64,000 nt of DNA from Felis catus (Eukaryota): positions 50,531,815 through 50,595,814 of the forward strand of contig NC_058368.1 in the NCBI RefSeq assembly GCF_018350175.1. Reading direction: 5' to 3'. Below are positions 1-13,069 of the stretch, one piece after another. The notes under the pieces are model-generated. The model was not told the origin of the DNA. It did no database searches and saw only the letters and a program-made list of their open reading frames with translations. Position numbers and translations under genes: made by a program. Each line of letters opens with the position of its first letter. The stretch's first letter is position 1.

Positions 1-135
1 TGCTTGTCTTGTCCACACACATTCTTCATGTGTTAATTCTTATATTTATTAACTCTTTCATGAATACTTGTTGATGTGGCCACCTGAAGAAAAAAAAAAG
101 AAAACTTTCTAATGGTAGAAAGTTTACTAAATCTG

Positions 136-316
136 GCAGAAGAGTGAACGAGCTCTCTGGTGTCTCTTATAAAGATGCTAATCCTATTGGATCAGTGCCC
201 TCTCCTTACGACCTCATTTAACCTTAATTATTTCCATGAAGGCTTTATCTTTAAATACCATTACATGGGTCTTCAACATATGAATATTGGGAGAATACAA
301 CATTCACTTCATAACA
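136..316 (-). mobile_element. MaLR (MLT1-type) LTR fragment
   Basis: Resembles the reverse complement of the MLT1 5' end: ctctctggtgtctcttataaag...acctcatttaaccttaatta...cattcacttcataaca. Confidence 0.75.
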
Positions 317-861
317 GACAAGGTGCATTGTTGGTAGTATTGGAACCAACTCACTCATATTTTATTTTGAATTTTTATAATTCTCATAATTAATATTAGT
401 CAGCAATTTACTTTGTTATCTACTATTTATCAGGTTATGTACCAATATTATCCTTGATTCATAAAATGAATTTGAATGTTTTGGTCATTTATGTTATCAC
501 TGGTCTCTGTTTGATAGAATTATCTAGTGAACCCATTTGTCTCTGATATATTTTTCTGATGTAGTTCCTTTACAACTTCATTTATAATAGATAAAATAGA
601 TAATAGATAAAAATTTATCTATTTAAGCCTCCCAGCTTTACTGTGGTTAATTTTTGTAAACTGAATTTTCTCTTAAAGTTATCTATTTATTTATATAGAG
701 ATCTGCCTGAATTTCCCAACAGCCAGATTACTGAAGGCTGATCTAGATTTACTCTAATGTAGAAAAATAAAGACTAAATGCTAAGTTTAGAAAAATAAAG
801 ATACAGGATTTTGTCCTTATACTTAGGTATCAGGGAACATACGATCTTAATAATACCATTT

Positions 862-1009
862 TTTTTCATTTTAAAAAATTTAATTTTAATTTTAATTCCA
901 GTGTAGTTAACATACAGTGTTATATTAGTTTCAGGGGTACAATATAGTGATTTGATAATTCCATACATCCCCCAGTGCTCATCAAGATAAATGTATACTC
1001 TTAATCCCA
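862..1009 (-). mobile_element. Carnivore L1 3' end, heavily 5'-truncated
   Basis: T-rich tail then gtgtagttaacatacagtgttatattagtttcagg...cagtgctcatc, typical carnivore L1 3'UTR. Degenerate TSD aataataccattt (849-861) / aataacactgttt (1010-1022). Confidence 0.8.
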
Positions 1010-3699
1010 AATAACACTGTTTCTGTTCATTTGCATCTTATTTGTCATTTTTCTTTTTGAAGTAGGAATGTGGCTTTACTATTATCCAACCAGGAGAGTG
1101 ATGGCAGGCTCCTCAAGGTCAGGAACTTATCTTCTGTTTATACTGCTATGATATAAAATACAGTGCAATACTCACAGTAGGTGTTCAACAAATATATATT
1201 ATTATGAAAAGAAATATGGACCCTAATAGATGTTTGACATTTCATAATAATCTTCTAACAGCATATTATAATGGAGCCATACTGAGAACAAAAATTGATT
1301 TAAGGAAACACATTCTTATATAAAACTTTTAATAGAATAGTAGCTATACAGTTTTGCTATACTCTGAAAATAACTCTAAACAGTATACTTAGGCAGTAGC
1401 AATTGTCAAGAAGTATGAATAGGAAATGATAATTTGACATTTAAAAGAGTAAAAAGTTTTACACCATTAACCACAGAGAAATATATGAGAATAAAAAAAA
1501 AGTCTGTCAAAGGAAATATTTATGAACTAGTTGGAGTTCAAGGACAAATACATTTAACATCTAAAAGAATTTGGCTGTTTTTTATACACCCTTGCCAAAG
1601 ATTGACTTTCACCTATTTTCTCTCAGAAAATGAGTGGCAGTTTGGCTGTTTACAGGGTAGGATTCCAGGGATCCATTAAAACTTTCAAAATATCATTAAT
1701 GGCATAATCATATATTTTTATGGGAGGTAATCATTTCTTCAGGTGGATCTTGTTAGTGAATTTTCACACTCTGTATTAGCATCATTATTGAACAGGATAA
1801 CAAGGCAGATGCATCACCATTAGAGTATCAAGTGAACACAAGCATAGCAGTTTTATGAGTCACTGATCTGCTGTCAGCAATGAGCAGTCTATCAGTGGGA
1901 AAGTGCCCTTGAAATGAACTTTATCTGTAATGTTTCATTCATTGTAGACTCCTCATTGTGGAAGGTATAAATTGTAGATTCCTTCACTGAAAACATCATA
2001 AATAATTTCACATAGCATCATTTAGGAGAAAAATATTCATTTGAAAATAATGAAGCATTTATTTTAATAGAAAGGAAGAATTTAGTCAGATTCTGCTAAT
2101 TTAAATTTGATTTGTCTACTTTCACGGTGTTCTTGACTGCTGTATTTAAATAGTAACCAGACAGTTGAAAATACAATGCCATTACATTTCAAAGTTTCAG
2201 ACACATTTTAATGTACAAGAAGATGAAATTTGCAAACTGACTTAGATTAACCAAGTTCAATTAAACCAAATGTAACAGATTACATTGAGCAAGCTTTTAA
2301 AAAATATTTCATTCAACATATTAGATCTCTTGCACTGAAATTCCCTTGCACTGAATTGCTGTATCCTTTGAGCCAAGAAAAGGAAAGCTTTCTACAGCCG
2401 TAGAATCATAGATGTGTGTACGATAGAGCAAGGACACATGAACACGCATTGTAGTTTAGACATATACACAAAAATACTTTAATCACCTATATTTCACATA
2501 GGCAGCATGAACATGAGAATAATAAACTACCTAGATAATTCACAAATATATTCAATAGATATTTCAAGAGTGTCGTCTGTTTGCCTATGGACTGTGGGCA
2601 ACACTCAAGAAGAAAATTATCATACCTCTCCTTTTGTCTGAAATATTTTATAATTGAAGCAAGATGTTTGGGATTTGTTTTTCTCAGGTTTATTTCTTAT
2701 ATGTACAATTCTCAACTTTACTTTGCATATGTGGACTCAGCCTGAGGCAAATCATAGTCTGATAGTAGCTACGGATTATTGGACTGTGTCTGTAGTGCAC
2801 TGATTTTATTGAGCTGAAATGTTCCATTGGGTCTAGTTACTATATTGAAGGTAAGATCCGTACATTACATACATATTATTTAGGTGATGTAGCTTTTAAT
2901 ACTTTGACCTTTACATAATAAATAGTAATTGAGTAGATTAAAATATATACAATTCTTTGCTTATCTTTTTTTTCAATCAGCTTGTCTGAAATACAAATAT
3001 ATTGGAAACTTTATGAACTGCTCTTCTTAGGGGCCAAATAGTGAAAACATTTAAGGTAAGATAGTGTTGTTATTCTAGCAGTAAAATCTTGGCAATTTGT
3101 TATGACTAAAATTGAACTCATTTCTCTTCCCCACCCCCCCCCCAAAAAAAAAAAACACAGTAATATTTGCTACCTATCTCAATTGTGAATTCACCAATCA
3201 TCCATTCTCTCAAGGTAGAAATTCTGTTGTCATCCTTGATAGTTCCTCTTTCCGCAAATTTTATTCTCATCAATTTCTGTCAATTCAATCCCTGCAGTAT
3301 CTTCCAAATCGCTCAACTCTATTCCTTCCTCAGTTTTAAAGATATCTTCACCTGCAGGTTTCATGTGCAATTCCTGAGACATCATTTGTCATGCCATGAA
3401 AGAACATTATAATGCAAGGGTAGAAAGATGTTATTAGCATGGAAACAACATTAACTCCATTGAAATTAATTAAAATGTATCTCAAAACTGATCATCGCAC
3501 ATCACTGGGTGTTGGCAGAGTAGTTGAGAAACCATATGCACTAAAAATATTCCACACTCTGTTCCAATTGTTAAAAATTATTTTGACCATGTCAGTCTCT
3601 TTCAAACAAACTTTACAAGTTCTGCATTGCTTGACACAGAACTCATTGACAAATCATACAAATTTTACCAACACAATCCTTTGTATATTGTAGGATATC

Positions 3700-3882
3700 T
3701 ATCTATCCCCTGTGAGATATATAAATATATATATATCTTATACATACACATGCACGCATATATAACACACATATATACATACACATACATATATGTGAGA
3801 TATATATATACACACACACATATATACACACACATATATATACACACACACATATATGTACACATTTTATGATATATATGTC
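3700..3882. repeat. Compound (TA)n/(CA)n low-complexity repeat
   Basis: Directly visible alternating TA/CA runs. Confidence 0.9.
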
Positions 3883-4022
3883 ATAAAGTATTAATGTATT
3901 GCAGTTAGTTTTATTGGCAGTGACCTAATAATTATCAGAAGTCAGCATGGAGCTGATTGCTATCCATTTTAGCTAGATCAGCATATCCATAAGAAAAATT
4001 GTGTCATATCCATTTTGGCTCT

Positions 4023-4244
4023 TTTTCTTTTTTAGTTTATTTCAGAGAGAGAGAGACAGAGAGAGAGAGAGCACAATCAAGGGAGGGGCAGAGAGAGAAG
4101 GAGAGAGAGAGAATCCCAAGGAGGCTCTGCTTTGCACTGTCAGCACAGAGCACAAAGTGGGGCTTGAATTTACAAACCACAAGATCATGAAAGAAAGAGC
4201 CAAAACCAAGAGTCGGATGTTTGACTGAGCTACCCAGGTGCCTC
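4023..4244 (-). mobile_element. CAN-SINE (SINEC), older subfamily
   Basis: T-tail, (GA)n tract and tRNA-derived head ending gactgagctacccaggtgcc. Confidence 0.9.
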
Positions 4245-4393
4245 TGGTTTTTTTTCAACTGCAATAGGGGAGGATGTCTATCCACAAGGTAACTTATGAA
4301 ACATTTTACTTTCAATCTAAATCTGTTTTGATCTTTATAAATCCTACTCTTACCTGACAACTTTTGTATTTCACTAATTTTAAAAAAAATGTC

Positions 4394-4565
4394 GGGGCAT
4401 CTGGGTAGCTCATTTGGTTAAGCGTCCAACTTCAGTTCAGGTCATGATCTCACAATTTGTGAGTTTGAGCCCCGCATCGGGTTCTGTGCTCATAGCTCAG
4501 AGCTTGGACCCTGATTAGGATTTTGTGTCTCTCTCTCTCTCTGCCCCTCCCCTGCTCATGCTCTG

Positions 4566-4612
<47 letters not shown>

Positions 4613-4648
4613 AATAAAAATAAATCTTAAAAAATGAAAAATAAAAAT
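4394..4648 (+). mobile_element. CAN-SINE (SINEC)
   Basis: ggggcatctgggtagctca head, (CT)n tract, A-tail; TSD aaaaaaatgt on both sides. Confidence 0.93.
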
Positions 4649-4944
4649 AAAAAAATGTGGAGACATCAACACCAAGTAATGGAATCAAGTTAAAAATTAG
4701 GGCAGAAAGGGATGCAAAAGACATTACAGAAATATTATCATTGTAATCTAAGGCATGCTGGCAGTAGACCCAACTTGCTATTCTGTTTTTTCTTCTTTAA
4801 TACTTTTTCCAGCCAAAATACTTTCCCCAATTCCAATAAAATATTTGTTTTTAATAATGGAATACACTAAATTTTTTAAAAGGTAAATCGTACTTAAGTT
4901 AATTCAGTGATTTAGGAAAAGTGGTAGAGAGTAGTTAAGGGCTT

Positions 4945-5483
4945 GTATTCATTTTCTATTGCTGCATGACAAATCACCACAAAATTAGTGGCTTAAAATA
5001 ACATATATTTATTATTTCCTTCACATTTTCCAGGGATCATGAATCTGGGTACAGCTTAATTGGATCTTTGGCTCAGGGTCTTAGTCTTACAAGTCCCTAT
5101 TCATAATGTTGGCCAGTGTGCTCCTTCTGGGGCTAAGGTCTCATGATTTTTGGTAGATTTCAGTTCCTTATGCTTGCAGGACTGAAGTCCCCATTTTCTT
5201 GTTACCCAGGGCCACTCTCAGCTCCTAGATGCACCCATTCATAAGGCCTTCATACAGACTCTCTTGTAGTATGGTACCTGATTTCTTCAAAGCCAGCAAG
5301 AGTATCGCTCACTCCAGTCTGCTATGATGGAGCCTTATGTAATATATTTATAGAGTGACTATCTTACTGTCTTTGCCAGATTCTATTGGTTAGAAGCAAG
5401 TCACAGTTTCCACTGCACTTCAAGGGAGAGGATTATACAACTGCATGACTCATTGGTGATCACCACAGTGTGTTTCTGCCACA
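4945..5483 (-). mobile_element. MaLR LTR (MLT1E/F/G-like)
   Basis: Starts tgtattcattttctattgctgcatgacaaatcaccacaaaattagtggcttaaaa and ends tctgccaca. Confidence 0.75.
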
Positions 5484-6050
5484 GAGTTCAATCATGTAAA
5501 TCATGGTAAGGGATTTGGATTCATACTAAGTGAAATGGGATTTTGTGGAAGGAAAGGAAGAAAAGAGGAAGGAAGGAAGAGTTAAATTATGTCCCAGGAA
5601 ATTAAGACAAAAGGAGAAGATGATTCTGTTTAAAGGCTTCGAGGTGATTCTTGGAGAAGGTGGCTCTAGGGTAACAGGCTGATGGATAAGTACAGAAAGA
5701 GATCGTATCAGAGGAAGATTGTATCTGTGCAAAAACTGCAGGTGGACAAGAGCAGGGTGTGACTGAGGGAGAGCAGGTAGCACATAGGTATGAAGTGTTT
5801 AGGATGCATAGGGTCAAAAGTAAATAGAAACCAAAAGGGTTTTAACGTAGTTGGTGATTTGAGATGGTCTTAAAAGAGATCTGTATTATCAGACACGCTA
5901 GTTTTAAAGATAACCCAGTGCAGACAATAGGGAGAATGAATTAGAGGAAGAACTCAAAATAGGTAAGGAGACCACTACATCCAGTAAAATTTAAACACAT
6001 TTTGAATACATTTTGAAATCTTTGAACTGCACAACAAGCACCAGAACAAC

Positions 6051-6217
6051 TTTCTTTCTTTTTTAACTGCTTTATTGGGGTATGATTGACATACAAAATA
6101 CTGTAGGAATTTAATATACATGACTTGATTTATTTGGAGAAAAGTATATGCCCATGAAACCATTATCATTATCAATGACATAAACTTATTCATCACCTCC
6201 AAAAGTTTCCTCCTGCC
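6051..6217 (-). mobile_element. Old L1 (L1MA/MB-like) 3' end
   Basis: tttattggggtatgattgacatacaaaa...catcacctccaaaagtttcctc motif. Confidence 0.75.
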
Positions 6218-8439
6218 AGCCCTCATTTTCTTTAGCACTTTTCTTTAAAAAGAGCTGCATCATAGTTAGTAATTGGAATAAAACTTTTCTTTAGTTTGCT
6301 TTCAAAGATTCTTTTGAAGGACCGTGGTTTTAAGGGCATCTCAAAAGAACTAGGTGCCCTGCCTTTAATTGGCAGTTTCCAGTTTCAGGTCATAAGAATT
6401 AGGGTAAGGAACTAGGGCTTGCAATCTGTATACCTGCTAAATAGAAGATTTTGAATTGCTTTAGGACTGGAAGCCTGGGCTGCATATTTTTGCATCCTCA
6501 GTCCCTGACACATACTAGATGCTTCAAAAATATTTTTAAATGGACAAATAAATGAATAGTCACGTCAAATAAATGTTCTTATTCCAGCTACCAGACCACT
6601 ACTTCCATCCACCCTGTTCCCTATACTCATCCTTTCTTTTCCTTCCTCATGACCAAATTCATCATTAAGATTCAAGGCATATTCTAGTCTCAAACTCTCA
6701 ATGCATTAATTTTTATCTTGTTTTGTGTTAGAGTGAAATTATGTAGATTCCCTCATCCACAGACCCTATGTAATGTGTGAAATCACTCGCAATATGGAAG
6801 GCAAGCTCATGCCAATTGTTTGAGTACTAATGGTGACCATACTTGAATTTGTCTTTTGAAACTAACTTTGGATGATTCCTCATCTCAAGATTTCTGTCTA
6901 ATGCCAAACTGATCACTAAATTTTGGGCTATGGAGAATATGCCCTGAGATATTACTTCTGAGCTAATAAGTGATGATTGTAAGATAAGATAAAGGAGAAA
7001 TCCATGTTTACTAGTGCATGATTAAAGGTATGCCTGATATTTAATTGAACACAAATTTTTAAATACTCTTTCTAGAATTTCCTTAATAAATAGCATATTA
7101 GCATTTAGAATTATTTAGATTGTGTATACTTCTTCATTCATATTCATTAATATTAAAGAGGAATGAGGCTATTTTCTTCACTTAATAGAATTCTGGCAAA
7201 TAAGATGTTCTCTTCCATTAGCTCTGTGCTTGATACCTAGAAATCATAACAAATATTTGTTAAAAAATTTTAATCTTAAAAACTCAATGAAGCCATATTT
7301 ATCTGTCACTGTTGTTTGAGTAAACTACTCAGAATTAATAGACTGCACCTCAACTGCTTTACTCTAGGTAATTTTAATATTAAGTGTTTTAATTTAATTT
7401 TAATTAATTTAATTTAATTTAATTTTAATAATAAGTGTTTTCAATACACAAATGAATATGTAATATCCAGTATTTGATAAATTATTTCCTTTGTCAAAAA
7501 TATTAAGATCATATGTGAGAAAGATTATCTGTATAGGCTTCAGTTAAAATATGGCACATTTAGGATTTGAAAACCTTTGAGAATTTTCGAATGTGGGCTA
7601 GTGTACTACAAGTTTTGTCATTGTAAATGATGTTTACAGTATGAGCAAACCACAGAAAAGTGGAAGCAAACCCAAAGGCTGCCCGGGAGACACAGAAGAG
7701 CTTTAGCAGAGTCTGAACGTGTCTGACGTATGTGAGGTCTGTTCTACCGAGAATGACCTGCCATGCGTAAATTTTTGTGATGATATGCTGTGATTCTTTT
7801 TATTAAAAATAATGATTTCCTATCAGCAAAATAAGGCATTCTGATCATGAACAATTTGAACCATTCAAAAAAAACAATAATAGGAGGAAAATCCATCCCT
7901 AGCCTCACCATCCGGGAATAAACACTCATAACATTGTTCTCTTTATTTTCAGCATTTCTATGCATCCTTTTTTTTACCTAGCTGTGCTTATATATTACGT
8001 GCATATGTTTATAATAATTTAGAGGGAAACCTATAAAACTTGGAGAATATGGGAAGGATAAAGAAGAAAACATCCAGATTCCATGAACAGATATAAGATC
8101 TTAACATTTTAATGTGTTTTCTAAACTCCTTTTTCCTATGCATATTGACATCATTTTTATATTCTGACTGTGAAGGATAGTTATCAGGGGGATATTTTTG
8201 ATGGAAGAAGATATATATTGGGGTTTGCTGAGAGAGGATGTTGCTACAATTAGGTTGATTTATTAGTTTTTCTCAATGAACAAAAACAATGAAATTTATT
8301 CAATGTAAGATTTAAAAATATGAAAAAGAATTTCTCAAGCACTTCGATAATTTTCTACACAATTATGATTTTGTGAAGAAGAGTCATCTTAGTGCCCCAA
8401 ATATTTTAATGAAAGCAGTAGTTTGTAGGGTTTAATATA

Positions 8440-8590
8440 AAATCCATGTTCTGTGACTTAGAAGATAAGTGACCTTGGAAAAGTTATTTACTCTCTAGGT
8501 TTTGTGTTCACATTGATAAAATGGGGCTAGATGAATTTATGTGTGTGAATTGCTCAGAGGAGTGCCTATCACTTGGTAAATGCTATCTAT
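8440..8590 (+). mobile_element. MIR SINE relic
   Basis: gtgaccttggaaaagttatttactctct...taaaatgggg core. Confidence 0.65.
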
Positions 8591-9392
8591 ATACAGGTTA
8601 GCCATGACTAATTAGTTCTGGAAAAGAACAGTAACTTCTTTACTGTTGAAAGGGGTTGTATGCGGCCATAGGCATCATATGAATTATGCACACAGTGACT
8701 ACAAGGGAAAACACTTTATTGGGAACTAGCAAAGAAGCAAAAATAGGAAAGAAAGAGCTGAACCAAATTTTGACATCAGGCTACAATTAAGTAATCTGAA
8801 CCTGATGTTACTATTCAGACAATGCAAGGAAATGGTTTAGCGTCATCATGACAATTGTGAGCTTAATTTCAAGCAAGACATTTATAAACTGTAGAAATCT
8901 TGGGGATTGTTCTGCTGCAGTTGTATTCACCGTAAATAGACAGATACAAGTATTTGTGTCAAAGGTATTAGTAAAGATGAGATAATTCACATCTAGTACT
9001 GGGTGCAAGCTGAGCACCCAATAAATGTTAACTGCTATTATTCTTAATTGTAATGGTAATATTAATAATAGTTCTTAATAATTCTAAAACTTTCTGTATC
9101 TTTTAATTCTTTAATTTGTCTCATCTCTAAGTCATCTAGAGTGGATATTAAATCTTTGGTTTCAAGCAAAGGTTTGTGATGGTGTTTTTTTGAGTTTTTA
9201 TGTACTTGAGAACTCATTTCTGTTTCTTTTACTAATTAAAGATGACTTGGGTGCACAAGTATTTCCTCTAGTCCATCTCATTTTCTCAAAGGATCATAGA
9301 CAGCTACATCTCCATGCTCCCCTTTAGAATAGGGAGAAATCTGAGGTTTGGTTTCTGTAAGGAAGCTGTTTGTCTGCCTGGAACTTGTAGGA

Positions 9393-9440
9393 TTTTTTTT
9401 TTTACTTTTTTTTTTTTTTACTTTTTTTTTTTTTTTTTTT
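9393..9440. repeat. Poly(T) tract with two AC interruptions
   Basis: Directly visible. Confidence 0.9.
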
Positions 9441-9972
9441 GCCCTAGTAAGGTATCATCTTTTTTTACTAATTTCACCCAGAACATTATGATTCTGTTCT
9501 AGATGTCCTTAATTTTTTCCAGTGGAGATATTTTTTCTTCAGCTGTGTCTTTCGATATTTCTTCCATTCCAAATGTTCACATTCCTCACTCTTCTCAACC
9601 CTCCTCAGAAGCCTGACCTTTTCCCACCTTTTCCTTTGTCTGCCCTTTTTATTTCCTCTAATAAGAGCTTTTCAAGTTGCTCCTCCGATGTATCTATTTG
9701 GTTTTTCTTAATGCCATTGCAAATTTAAATTTAGTTTGATATTATTAGTTTCCTTTTGACTCTTCAGTTTCTCACTCTTCTCCCTTCAAGTCCTCTATTT
9801 TCAACTAGGCTTATTATTTCCATATAACTTTTTATTCATTTTGCACTGAAGACGTTACGTCTTCTTGGTTTCTAATGTGGATGTCAAACTCTACAGCTTT
9901 TTTCTCCTAAACAATATAGTTATTTATTTGAAACTTTTTCTTTTTTCCTTTGTTTTTTGCCTAATGTGCCTC

Positions 9973-10397
9973 TTTATTTACATTTTTATTGAAGTATACT
10001 TAACATATATTTGGCTAGTTTCATGTGTACAGTATAGTGATTAAACAATTCTATACATCACTCAGTGCTCATCATGATAAGTGTACTCTTAGTCCCCTTC
10101 ATCTATTTCACCATCCTCTCCTACATCTCTCCTCTGGCAACCACCAATTTGTTCTTTGTATTTACGAGTCTGTTTTTTGTTTGTCTCTTTTTTTGCTTTG
10201 TTCATTTGTTTTGTTTCTTACATTCTACATATGACCGAAATCATATAGTATTTGTCTTTCTCTGTCTGATTGATTTCACTTATCATTACACTCTCAGTAT
10301 CCATCCATATTGTTGCAAATGGCAAGATCTCATTCTTTTTTATGGCTCAATAATATTCCAATAGATAGATAGATAGACAGATAGATAGATCACATCT
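9973..10397 (-). mobile_element. Carnivore L1 3' fragment with internal (GATA)n
   Basis: tttttattgaagtata...cagtgctcatcatgataagtgtactc...tgttgcaaatggcaagatctcattctttttt. Confidence 0.85.
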
Positions 10398-12020
10398 AAT
10401 TGGAAGCTTTTTTTTTTCTCTAAATAATGTAGTTACACTGATTCTGATTCTAAAGTATGGATTTTCTTTCCTTTTTTACTGCAGGAATTTTTTATAGGCC
10501 ATATTTTATTTTCCCTGTTTCTCCTTAAATTTTTCAATAAACAGAATTCTATCCAGGTTTGGGATTGCCAACAGACAGAAACCATAGATTGATTTTGGCT
10601 CCACTCTCTATTTACTTAAAAGTTGGTCATATTGAACCATAAGCTAAGCTGATGTGCATGGCTGCACACCAGTCCTCACTGTGAAGCACTTTGTTTGTGT
10701 ATGTAGTGCCCCCACCAAGTGAGGATCTGCTGGGTCAGCAGGACAGCCTCTATTCTTATAGGACCATATATTCATGTCCTATGATATGATCACATCCTAT
10801 GATTCATACCCTATGAATATATGGTCCCCATGAAAAAAATGTAATCTTAATCTCTCTTGCTTCTTCCCTCTGCTTTCACCTATAGCACTTGCCTCCTTTT
10901 CTCCACTCTCTTCCCATTGTTCATACTACCAACCCAATTTACCCCATTTCTCTTTCCTATTGAAGATAAGGTAAAAAAGAAAAAAGAAAAAGGAAGAGGA
11001 GGAGAATTAAAATTGATTTTTTTAAACTTCCTCTTCTTGCTTTCACTTCAAACTGTGCAATGATAGTGATAAACTATAGGATGACCCTTTTAGATCCTAC
11101 AGATGAATAAGTCTCTGCATAAACAAGTCTCTATGCCACCGAATGAGGTATCCCATGATGTGTTTGAGTGGGAAATAAGTTAAAAATACATATGTTTTCT
11201 TGTATTTATTTCAGATTTAAAGGGGACACAGTTTGCTTTGTATTACTTGATATCTGTAAAGAAATTTGTTTTTGTAAATCCATAAAGATCCTTTGTAGAT
11301 CTTTATATAAACCTTCACTATAGCCTCATTTTTGTGTTTTTGTTTATTTACTTAAGAAGCATATCTTGCCTTATTTTGTGCTAAGGTGTTAGTTCATGGT
11401 GACTCTGTCAAGACCAGTTCTTAGTGATCCATATGAGTAAGTTTGATTGCCAGAAATTATATTTCTGTTTCCTGTTTTCCAGTAGTGGTTGACTGAAGCC
11501 ATACCATGCGTAGATGCTAATTAAGTGGGGATACTTTGGAATAGCTGTGTATCAGACACGGCTCTTATGTATATGCTGAGTAATGTATATTGGGAATATT
11601 TGGAACAGGGCATTTTCAAATGCAAAAACTCTAGCTTAGTCAGCAGTTTAATCATAGTGCATGACAGGTAATACCATGTGCAGTTTTCTTTAATCCATGG
11701 GCACTATATAAAATTTGAAAAATAAGAGTGATAAGAAAGAGGCTACCAAGATTGGATTGTATCAGTGAAATTAAACATTTTATTAGAGATATTTCACCTC
11801 CATAGCTGTTCTTCAGACACATCCTTTGTTCTAGACAGTATGCCGGACCCAGGCTACATAGAAGTTATCAAAACAAGCAATTCCTTGAGGAAGACATAAA
11901 TATAACAAATAATCCCACCCAATCCATTAGTATTGGGCTGAATGTTGTAAAACAAAATGTAGGATACTGAGACAGAATATATTAGAACTGATCTAACTGG
12001 GAATTTCTGACCTACCCTTG

Positions 12021-12230
12021 GGGGTGCCTGGGTGACTCAGTTGGTTAGGAGTCCCACTCTTGGGGCTATACTCAAGTCATGATCTCATAGTTCATGAGTT
12101 TGAGCCTCGTGTCAGGCTCTGTGCTGACAGTGGGGAGCCTGCTTGGGATTCTCTCTCTCCATCTCCCTTTGCCCCTCCCCCATAATATGTGCACATTCTA
12201 AAATTAAAGAAATAAAGAAATAAAAGAAAT
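12021..12230 (+). mobile_element. CAN-SINE, apparently inserted in an L2 relic (about 11830-12650)
   Basis: ggggtgcctgggtgactcagttggtt head and A-rich tail. Confidence 0.9.
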
Positions 12231-13069
12231 GCCCCCCTTTGAAGCAGTGGCATTTAAGGTGAGAGATGAAGGATGAGATAAGACATAGAGTCAGCATGTT
12301 GATGAGGCAGTTTGGTGTTGAGTGTGGGAAGGCCCTGACCTGAGGTGGGAGAGAAGACCTGTATATTTGCATGTGGTGAATGTAGGAATGCGGTGAAAAT
12401 GGGACAAATCTCTGATAGGGTCCTGATGATGCTATCTCTTAGGTCATATTTTGAACTTGAAACCTAAGAGTGACAGGATTCCACTTTAGGTAAAAGGACC
12501 CTTCAGGAGTCGAGGGCAAGGTAGAGCTAGAATCATAAACATGCTCAGAAAAGTTAGAAATTCATTGCAGTAATTTAACCAAGAGATGTTGGAGACTTGG
12601 ACTTAGTTGGTGGCAAACAGGGAAGAGGGAAGAACATAGATTAAAAAGCTGATGTTGTCAAGATGCAAGACTTTGTCTCATTTCATGATTGTTACATTTG
12701 TAGATACAAATGGAGAATTGTTGCATGTTAGAAGTCAGAAGTCCTGGTTGTCATAAGATCCTTCCTCTTCATTTATGGATAAAAATCAAGTTTCCCAGAT
12801 TAATGAGAGTTTGGAGACAGAATTAGTGGGGAAAACCCCTAAAATCTAGATTGTGCTTATTTTACAATTCTAAAATCATCCTAATGTTTATATTTTAGCC
12901 TTATGAAGCACTGAGGTAGAGATGGGTATTTGCTGCTGCGCTATTGCAGAGAAGTCAAGATCTCAATATTCTGCTGTATTTTTGCAGCAACAGACTGCCT
13001 CAAATCAGAGATGGGATGTTAGGCTTAAGTGAATCTCAGGCTTTGCAGGAATCAAGATGTCAGTATTAA

